The translations under genes were made by a program, and so were the position numbers. Under the pieces are notes generated by a model. That model ran no database searches, was not told the DNA's origin, and worked only from the letters and a program-made list of their open reading frames with translations. A DNA stretch of 64,000 bases, taken from assembly GCA_964016885.1 (NCBI GenBank), contig OZ024755.1, positions 29,698,001 through 29,762,000 on the forward strand, written 5' to 3'. Positions 53,880-64,000 of this stretch are shown here, piece after piece. This DNA comes from Eledone cirrhosa. Lineage: Eukaryota. Each line of letters opens with the position of its first letter. The first letter of the stretch is position 1.

Positions 53880-55526
53880 ACAAATATTATCCACTGTGGA
53901 GCAGTTCATTGATGACATTAAAATGGAGTTTGGACTAGATAAATGCGCCAAAGCAACGTTCACCAGAGGAAAGCTGCCGAAAAGTTCAGACAATCTTGAT
54001 CGAGGGAATGTGATAAGAGAACTTGATCAAGAGGAAACTTACAAATATCTAGGTGTTTGTGAAGGATACGGAATCAAGCACTCGACAATTAGGGAAAGGA
54101 TAAGGAAGGAATGTTACCGCAGAGTAAGAGCATTCTTAAGAACGAAATTGAATGCAAGGAATAGGATCGATGCCATAAACACGCTTGCCATACCAGTGGT
54201 AACCTACAGTTACAATGTCATCAATTGGTCAAGCACAGAGATCCGTAGGCTCGATACAAAAATTAGCAAATTCTTCACCATGCACAGAATGCATCACCCT
54301 AAGGCAGATACAGATAGAATATATCTCTCTAGGAAAGAAGGAGGACGTGGGTTAATCCAGTTAGATATTGCGTTGAAAACTGCAACAATTGGATTATCTA
54401 CATATCTAAGGGAATCACATGATTGGATGATCAAACTCGTTTTGAAACACGAAAGCATCAAAAGATCATACTCCATTACAAAAGATGCACAAAGATACAG
54501 TAATGGACTACAAATTTCAGAAATTCCATTTACTGCTGAAATGGAAAACACAGAAAAAGCAAAGCAAAAGTAACTGCAAAGAAAGAACTGCTACAGAAAC
54601 TGGCTAAGAAATGGCAAGAAAAGCCTCTGTATGGAAAATACCCAGAAAGAGCTAACAATCCTGATGCTGACAAAACTTTAACCTATCAGTGGTTGGCATC
54701 CTCTGGACTGAAATCGGAGACTGAAGGACTGATTATATCAGCACAAGATCAGTGTCTGCCAACAAAAAATTACCAAGCCAACATAATAAAAAATAGATGC
54801 AACCCATTATGCCGTGTATGTAAATAACAACCAGAGACCATTGATCGTATAATTTCAATGTGCAGTCCTATTGCTCCAACCGAATACCTAAACAGCACGA
54901 CAGAGCTGCACAATACATACATTGGATAATGTGTAAGCATTTTGACCTGCCCCATCAAAATTGGTGGGAGCATCAACCACCTCCCATACTTGAAAAAGAT
55001 CACATCTCAATCTTGTGGAACTTTAACATCCAAACAGGCCGAAAAATAGATGCAAATAGACCTGATATAATATTGAAGGACTTTAAAAAGAGGGTATGCC
55101 TGCTAATTGATATATCCGTTCCAATAGACAAGAATGTATCTATAAAAAGATTTGAAAAATTGAGCAAGTATAAGGACCTGGAGATAGAACTTGGAAAAAT
55201 GTGGAAATTGAGAACTAAAACAATACTAGTGGTTGTAGGCGCTCTAGGAATGATACCTAAGGGGTCTAATGATTACTTATCGCAAATCCCAGGAAGCCCG
55301 CGTATAGGAGAAATACAAAAGATAGTATTAATGGGAACTGCCCATACACTAAGGAAGATTCTGTCAATATAAGTACATCACAAGTCTAAACACCTAAAGA
55401 TGCATGTGTGTGTATGTATGTTCTTTCTTGAACATGGCGGACCTTGTTGTCTCTTGAGGTCACTGGTTGTGACTTGGTGATAACTCGTATGAACATAAAG
55501 CAAGATAAATCCAACTATAATAATAA
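53880..55526 (+). mobile_element. 5'-truncated R4/Dong-like non-LTR retrotransposon (RT C-terminus, zinc knuckle, restriction-like endonuclease), pseudogenised
   Basis: MEFGLDKCAK, YKYLG, HHPKAD..R.Y..RKEGGRGL, LKSETEG...AQDQ, CRVC, ANRPDI...LIDISVP...EKLSKYKDL; frameshifts and stops; ends in (TAA)n. Confidence 0.9.
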
Positions 55527-55740
55527 TACAAGTAGTATTTGTTAAGCCTTCATTACGTTTATTGATTGGCGATGCGCGTTTCGCTATTGATCAGGTCAAG
55601 GTTCGATCTGTATCGCTGGACCTCTGCTGTTGTAATGACAGAATTTACACTCATTTTCGCCCTACACCTCGCTACAGACGTGAATCTAACCATTGAGTGC
55701 TCACCTGGGTGAACCTACAGTAACTTCACGTTACGCTGCG

Positions 55741-55962
<222 letters not shown>

Positions 55963-56182
55963 TTATACAAGTGGAAGGTTAGTAAAATCGAAGTTATGGC
56001 GGTGGCCAAACTCACGGGGTAACAATTAGGTTTGCACGAAGCAGTCATTAAGAATGTATCGATAAATCGATAGGCTACAACTTAGAGTAATTAACATAGC
56101 TTTGATAGCGTGACAAATTGAAAACTGCTGCTACGGGGACATAACCACATGGTTCGGCAAAACAACGAAAATACAACCAGGT

Positions 56183-56245
<63 letters not shown>

Positions 56246-56246
<1 letters not shown>

Positions 56247-56658
56247 GAGGAAGTTATAGTTCACTTGAAGCATTGTGTAATGAGGTATAAACGTTTGTAT
56301 TTGTAAAGCCAAAACAATGCAGGTATGCATATAGAATATAAATGCAAATGCAAAAGATACTGTTGACAATTAGTCTTTTACCTTAAATTTATTTAAATAT
56401 CCTTAATTTTCGAGATAATATCTCTTCTTCGGAGGGAAGTAAAGTTGTTAAACCACCGTTCTAAATAGCTTGACTTGGCAAGTTATTTAGAACACTGGTT
56501 TAACAACTTTACTTCCCTCCGAAGAAGAGATATTATCTCGAAAATTAAGGATATTTAAATAAATTTAAGGTAAAAGACTAATTGTCAACAGTATCTTTTG
56601 CATTTGCATTTATATTCTATATGCATACCTGCATTGTTTTAGCTTCACAAATACAAAC
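56246..56658 (-). mobile_element. PLE pLTR palindrome (~180-bp arms 56293-56658, 6-nt loop 56473-56478, tail 56246-56292) with decayed hammerhead in both arms
   Basis: Arms are reverse complements with a few mismatches; tccct-CCGAAGA-a-GAGAT(att)ATCTC-GAAA-at-ta-agga. Confidence 0.85.
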
Positions 56659-57176
56659 CTTGAGAGAGAGATGTTTATATATAGATAATTATTGCCTTAT
56701 TTGGCTCTTACTGTCCGCAGTAATTATTTTTATTTATACACCTCGGATGGATGAAAGACAAACTGACCTCTGGCAGGATATGAACACAGAACCTAAATGA
56801 TTTTATTCAAATAGATCAATAACATCTTTTTTCCACCACCACCACCACCATCATCATCATCATCTCCCACTTTTATCTTTTTCCTCTCCTTCATCATCAT
56901 CTTCTTCGTCTTCTTTTTCATCATCAACTTTTTCCTCTTCTTTATCATCTGTTCTTCTGCTTCCTCCTATTCGTCATCAACATGATCATCATCATAATCA
57001 TCATCATAATCATCATCATCATCAACATCGTCATTATCATCAACATCGTCATCAACATCATCATCATCATCATCATCATCGCCATCATACACCTCCTGCT
57101 TCTCCTCTCTAATTAAACAGATTCATATTGCGAAATCGAAATGAGAACAGACAGCAACAAGCAATGTGAATCTATA

Positions 57177-57245
<69 letters not shown>

Positions 57246-57668
57246 TTGTGTGATTGTGTGAGTGTCTGTGTGTGTGTGTATGTATGTGTGAGTGTGTATG
57301 TGTGTGTATGTATGTATGTATGTGTATGTCTGTGTGAGTGTGTATGTGTGTGTGTGTGTGTATGTCTGTGTGAGTGTGTATGTATGTGTATGTATGTGTA
57401 TGTATGTGTATGTATGCATGTATGAATGTGTATGTGTGAGTGTGTATGTGTGCATACAAAATATATACATATACATATGTGTATATCTCTCAGTAGATGT
57501 AGATGCATGTTTGTATTTTTTTTATTTATATAAATAAATAAAATGGAATTTATCCTCTATACTCGACCATATTCCATTTTCCTATTATTTATTCATAACA
57601 AAATACGCCTCTCCCCTTTTATTAGAATTTCCAGTCTGTTAATTATATTTATTATATCTCGTATTGTT

Positions 57669-57711
57669 ATTAAACTGACGAAGTCGTTAATGAAAAGAAA
57701 ACTTATTTAAT
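57669..57711 (+). ncRNA. Hammerhead-like motif with decayed stem II
   Basis: ATTAAA-CTGACGA-agtcgttaatgaaaa-GAAA-act-TA|TTTAAT; 6-bp stem I. Confidence 0.5.
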
Positions 57712-58149
57712 CATTTTCGTGTGTTATAATTTACGCAAAAAAATGTCCCCAAAATTGATTAGATAAAAGTAATTTGAAAAACACACATAAACACAAAAAC
57801 ATAATCACAAAAACAAACTATTTTTCATTCATTATTTCTGGTTGTCATTCTCTCATATTATCTACTGCCTATTTATTTATTTATTTAGATATTTATATTT
57901 TTATTTTATATTCAATGAACGCCAACCTGAAGATTTTTGAATAAAGGAAGGAAAATCTTATTAACATAGTATGTAGAAGTTATTTTATGGATTCCCAAAC
58001 CTTAGAAAACGGTCATATCATTTCAAGCTGTATTAAAGAGTGTAGGTAGATAACAGAAGCTATTGTTTGCCGTATATATATACATATGAGTGTGTGTGTG
58101 TCTGTCTGTATGTGTGTCTGCTTGTGTTTCTGTATGTCTGTGTGTGTGC

Positions 58150-58350
58150 GTGTAAATATTCCACGTGCACACACGCACGCGCGCGCGCACGCACGCACAT
58201 GTACACACACAAATACGCACACACATGCAAATACACACATGTACACACACACACACGCAAATACGCACATACACACACACACTGAGTCACACAGAAATAT
58301 ACATAACTAAACGAACAGGCAAAGTTACATACATAGACACAAAGATACAC

Positions 58351-58391
<41 letters not shown>

Positions 58392-58510
58392 TGTGTGTGT
58401 GTGTAAATATTGCACGAGTGCACACACACACACGTACACACACACAAATATACATATAAGTAAACGAACAGGCAAAGTTACATACATAAACACACATATA
58501 CACGTATATA
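58150..58510 (+). repeat. Local direct duplication in low-complexity DNA
   Basis: gtgtaaatatt...taaacgaacaggcaaagttacatacata...tacacgtata occurs twice. Confidence 0.75.
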
Positions 58511-58650
58511 TGTGTGTGTGTGTTTATATATTTATTGCGTATTTATTAGGTTCGATTATGTACACCTAGTAACGAACACACACATACAAACACACACAAA
58601 GAGACAACTTTTTACTTGAAGACAGCGCGTGTATCTTTTGTCATCCATTA

Positions 58651-58681
<31 letters not shown>

Positions 58682-58688
<7 letters not shown>

Positions 58689-58982
58689 TGTAATAAACAA
58701 CATAAGTTAATTATTTCATTTACCAGTGGTTTCTTGAAAGCAAACAAAATGTGCCTTCAATCATCAGAATGAAAAAATCCTGGTGTATTTATTGTCAATA
58801 AATACACCAGGATTTTTTCATTCTGATGATTGAAGGCAAATTTTGTTTGCTTTCAAGAAACCACTGGTAAATGAAATAATTATCTTATGTTGTTTATTAC
58901 ATAACTATTAAGCTCTGTAACCTACATAGAGCACTCTCTTTTTCTGGACTTTTCCTTCCGACTGAATTACTTCATTCACACA
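58682..58982 (+). mobile_element. PLE pLTR palindrome (113-bp arms centred on 58795, tail 58909-58982) with intact hammerheads
   Basis: 58682-58794 is the reverse complement of 58796-58908 (2 mismatches); flanked by (TA)n. Confidence 0.9.
58816..58876 (+). ncRNA. Intact type-I hammerhead ribozyme (mirror copy at 58714-58774 on minus strand)
   Basis: TTTCATT-CTGATGA-TTGAAGGCAAA(ttttg)TTTGCTTTCAA-GAAA-CCAcTGG-TA|AATGAAA. Confidence 0.92.
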
Positions 58983-58984
58983 CA

Positions 58985-59328
58985 TATATATATAACTATA
59001 TATATATATATAACTATATATATATATAACTATATATATATATATATATATATAACTATATATATATATATATAACTATATATATATATATATATATAAC
59101 TATATATATATATATAACTATATATATATATATATATATAACTATATATATATATATATATAACTATATATATATATATATATAACTATATATATATATA
59201 TATATAACTATATATATATATATATAACTATATATATATATATATATAACTATATATATATATATATATAACTATATATATATATATATATAACTATATA
59301 TATATATATATATAACTATATATATATA

Positions 59329-59363
<35 letters not shown>

Positions 59364-59520
59364 CTATATATATATATATATATATATATAACTATATAAC
59401 TATATAACTATATATAACTATATAACTATATATATATATATATATATATATAACTATATATATATATATATATATATATAACTATATAACTATATAACTA
59501 TATAACTATATATAACTATA

Positions 59521-59559
<39 letters not shown>

Positions 59560-59562
59560 CTA
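58985..59562. repeat. (TA)n array with periodic TAAC interruptions
   Basis: Repeated ataactata(ta)n units. Confidence 0.95.
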
Positions 59563-59777
59563 TTTCAATCATATCTTATTTTGTTTGACCCGTTTAGCTT
59601 GTTCGCTTTTTTGGCGAAGGTGGTTAATGGCTTCTTAACCATCGTCTCAGTTTGTATGACCATTTTAACTTATGTTTATAGCCCTTGTATCTTCATATCC
59701 ATGGAGCGCTTGTCTGCACACTACGGAAGTTGCGTTTCGCCAATTTCTACCCGCCGTAATGCGATTCTCGCTAAATT

Positions 59778-59810
<33 letters not shown>

Positions 59811-60065
59811 GTGAGAAAAACCACAGACCCTCCATCGTAACTCTACTTTTGAAAAGCAGAAGAACTGCGAAACCGGTAAAGGAACCAAATAAATATATAT
59901 ATTTTTTTTAAAAATAAGACTCCAGTTGCATTTTCGATTTCATCTTTTTTTCTTTATACTTCCACTCGTGTAGGACACCTCGGTTATTTTTCATTTTTGT
60001 AAAAAAAACCTCACTTTCTAATATATAAATATATATATGCAACCCCGTTCTTCCCCCAACCCTTA

Positions 60066-60110
<45 letters not shown>

Positions 60111-60407
60111 ACACCTACACACCACCTTCAGCCCTCCCCGCTCGGACACCCCGTCTCCGTCTCCCCACTCCACCCGCCACCACCCCTACACACCCCACAC
60201 CCTTCCACCACCTGTTTTACTCCCCTTTTAATTTCAGTTTATTTTGATCATGCTTTTATATTCAAATTTATTTCATTCCTTGTATTTTGATCATGCTTTA
60301 TTTTTTAATTTTGTTTTTATTTTTTTTCATTCGCACCGTTTCCTTTCGCTATATGTCTCTCCACCAATCCTCTACACACCCTTTGAACTCTGTTCCCACA
60401 CACTTCT

Positions 60408-60441
60408 CACCTGAGGAAGGGCTTATGCCCGAAACGTCGCG
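60408..60441 (+). ncRNA. Minimal type-I hammerhead in a PLE 3' remnant (~60110-60531)
   Basis: cac-CTGAGGA-a-GGGC(ttat)GCCC-GAAA-CG-TC|gcg; followed by AATAAA and a tail ending at (TA)n. Confidence 0.78.
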
Positions 60442-60528
60442 TCCCACCAACACCCCACTCTCCAGAGCGTGAAATTAATAAACATTCGTTGTACTGCCTC
60501 TCTGTTTTGTCCCTGTTCAAATTTTTCC

Positions 60529-60562
<34 letters not shown>

Positions 60563-60563
<1 letters not shown>

Positions 60564-60778
60564 GTTATTCCGGGTTGAATCGGAGGTAACCACAGTAAGT
60601 AAGGTACTCAATACATAGCAGAGTATAACAGTTTTAATATAGATGAGATTCTACAGGACTAGAACTGTTTCATTCATTAGAAATCATCAGGAATTCATTC
60701 ATTAGAATCATCAGGAGATTCCTGATGATTTCTAATGAATGAAACAGTTCTAGTCCTGTAGAATCTCATCTATATTAA

Positions 60779-60782
<4 letters not shown>
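60563..60782 (-). mobile_element. PLE pLTR palindrome, family B (arms 60630-60694/60718-60782, duplicated central insert, tail 60563-60629)
   Basis: Inverted arms; homologous to 61767-61902. Confidence 0.88.
60716..60766 (+). ncRNA. Type-I hammerhead ribozyme
   Basis: AGATTC-CTGATGA-tTTC(taat)GAAt-GAAA-CAG(ttctagtc)CTG-TA|GAATCT. Confidence 0.8.
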
Positions 60783-60817
<35 letters not shown>

Positions 60818-61092
60818 AAAGAATAGAGGTGTAACACACAAGTTATTATATATTGGTAAACGGAATAGAAAATGCTGACAAATTGTTCACAGTTGAAAAA
60901 TGGTTTAATTAGGAATAAAACAGTATTACTGATTGTATGGGTTAGTATTCAGTTGTGGTTTTAAGTTTTATATATATATCGAGGGTGTATAAAGTGCAGT
61001 TACTGTAGGTTCAACCACGTGAACAATCAATGCTTAGACTCACATCTGCAACGAGGTGTAGGGATAGACAGAGTGAAAAATAATAATAATAA

Positions 61093-61267
61093 TAATTGTT
61101 TCTACATTTGGCACAAGGCCAGCAATTACCCCAGTGCATTACTGGTACTTTATTTTATCGACCCCGTAAGGATGAAAGGCAAAGTTAACCTCGGCGGGAT
61201 TTGAACTCAGAATGGCAAGAGCCGTAACTCAATGCGTCAAAGCATGGCGTCCGACCCTCTACCGATA
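61093..61267 (-). mobile_element. S1 SINE
   Basis: Family match. Confidence 0.92.
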
Positions 61268-61659
61268 TATATATATATATAATAAGGACACTTTGAAGGA
61301 ATGCCAGAGACAATCGATAATAACTAAATAACTTAAAATGTCACAGTCACAGTGATTGATACTATTATTATTTTTCTATTTTGTTTTTTGGTTTTTTTTT
61401 TATTCTTTTCAAAAGAAAATATATGTGCTCCAAAACCTCCTTGAGACGCATATTTCCAAAATCAACCCCATTTTTATCTAGGACTTTAAATAACTCTGCT
61501 ATGTATTGAGTACTTTACTTACTGTGGTTACCCCCGATTGAACCGCGTGTGTGTGTAAGGAGTGGCACCCCATTCTGAACTTGTTTATAGATTTCTTTCT
61601 GCCTTTGTTACTCTAAATAAAATTATAGCTTTAAAGAATTAGCTTTTAATGAATTCCCT

Positions 61660-62044
<385 letters not shown>

Positions 62045-62046
62045 AA

Positions 62047-62260
62047 GGCGTGCGGCTGAGTGGTTAGAGAATTGGATTCACAATCTTGAGGTTGTGAGTT
62101 CGATTCCTGGACCGGGCGTTGCGTTATGTCCTTGAGCAAGACACTTTATTTCACGTTGCTCCTTCTACCTGGAGTTGCGACCGATAGATAGTATTAGCAA
62201 TTGGAAAGACCAACGGAAACATTGTTCCCTCGGTCCAATTTGACGAAAGTCGATCGTTCC
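62047..62260 (+). mobile_element. tRNA-derived SINE, family S2, full length
   Basis: A box (cggctgagtgg), B box GAGTTCGATTCC, tgtccttgagcaagacactt central motif (V/CORE-SINE-like), structured tail shared with 7143. Confidence 0.85.
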
Positions 62261-62819
62261 TATATATATTTGAGTGTGTCTGTGTGTTCATGTGTATGTA
62301 TATGATCGAAAGAATTAGATAAAAACGGGGTTGATTTTGAAAATCTGCGTCTCAGGAATATATATACGGTAATATTCTAATATGTGAAATCTGACGCCGT
62401 CTCCTCCGATATCGAAATCGCTACCTTCAGTGCCAACTTTTATAAATAAATATATAAACATATATACATATATTCGTGTGGGGGTGTATATGTGTGCGTT
62501 TCTGTGTTGTATCTGTATCCTTTCAAGGGTATAAGTAATAAAACATATAGATTAAAATGTACAACAGAGTTTTTCCACTTCTGCATATTATAGATTTTTA
62601 AATTAATGTCTGTTGATCTTGAGGTAATCTCCCTTTGGGGGTGCTCTTACATAAACCTATATTTTGAATGTAATAACATTAAATGCTTTTCCTTTTCCCT
62701 AATTGGAGAATTCGATATATTTACAATTGGAAACGAAATAAATAATGAAAGCAAAGCAAAACTAAACTACATTACTAATGAAATGCTGTAGAGATTGTAA
62801 CAATGCTGAATCTATGACA

Positions 62820-62900
62820 TATAAGTATATAATATATATATATATATATATAGACTAAATATATATGTACAATATTTATATATATAAATATATATACAAT

Positions 62901-62942
<42 letters not shown>

Positions 62943-63379
62943 TAGAAATAAAATATATATATAAAATATATATATATAAAATATATAGAAATAAAATATA
63001 TATATAAAATATATATATATAAAATATATATATATAAAATATATATAAATATATATATATATATAAAATATATAGAAATAAAATATATATATATAAAATA
63101 TATATAAATATATATATATATATAAAATATATAGAAATAAAATATATATATAAAATATATATATATAAAATATATATATATAAAATATATATAAATATAT
63201 ATATATATAAATATATATATATAAATATAATATATATAAATATAATATATATAAATATAATATATATATAAATATAATATATATATAAATATAATATATA
63301 TATAAATATAATATATATATAATATATATATATAATATATATATATTATATAAATATAATATATATATAAATAAATATA

Positions 63380-63410
<31 letters not shown>

Positions 63411-64000
63411 ATATATATATATATAATATATATAATATATATATATAATATATATATATAATATATAATATATATATATAATATATATATATAATATATA
63501 ATATATATATAATATATATATATAATATATAATATATATATATAATATATAAATATATATATAATATATATATATATAATATATAAATATATATATAATA
63601 TATATATATATAATATATAAATATATATATAATATATATATATATAATATATAAATATATAATATATATATATAATATATATATATAATATATATATATA
63701 ATATATATATATAAATATATATATAATATATATATATAAATATATATATAATATATATATATAAATATATATATATATAATATATATAATATATATATAT
63801 AATATAGATATAAATATATATATATAATATAGATATAAATATATATATATAATATAGATATAAATATATATATATAATATATATATATATATATAATATA
63901 TATATATATATATAATATATATATATATATATAATATATAATAGTAATAATATAAAATATATATATATATACACACACACATATATATATATATATATAT
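62820..64000. repeat. AT-rich compound microsatellite with local higher-order units
   Basis: Direct reading. Confidence 0.95.

Noticed and set aside
62047-62120. tRNA gene
   Set aside because: No complete cloverleaf and it continues into a SINE body; it is a tRNA-derived SINE head, as are the S1 heads.

Overview
AT-rich, repeat-dominated animal genomic DNA (intergenic or intronic). The repeat content resembles a cephalopod/octopus genome; this is an inference. No host protein-coding gene can be supported, and most ORF-track entries are microsatellite read-throughs. Contents: (i) very large (TA)n-derived and other microsatellites; (ii) about 25 copies of a ~190-bp tRNA-derived SINE plus a second SINE family; (iii) two ~2-kb uninterrupted CR1-group LINE reverse-transcriptase ORFs lacking the endonuclease, a decayed R4/Dong-like RLE element, and RTE and L1/Tx1 relics; (iv) pogo-, piggyBac- and hAT-like MITEs; (v) a dense population of Penelope-like element (PLE) remnants, including GIY-YIG and RT fragments and more than 10 type-I hammerhead ribozyme (HHR) motifs. 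The most striking signal is nine long, near-perfect, asymmetric palindromes of about 90-385 bp from seven unrelated sequence families. All sit next to dinucleotide microsatellites, mostly (TA)n. All are built from HHR-bearing pLTR sequence, and their turn points fall at or near ribozyme landmarks; in one case the turn maps to the predicted self-cleavage site. Several unrelated families also share a GAGYRCT-like motif in their 3' tails.
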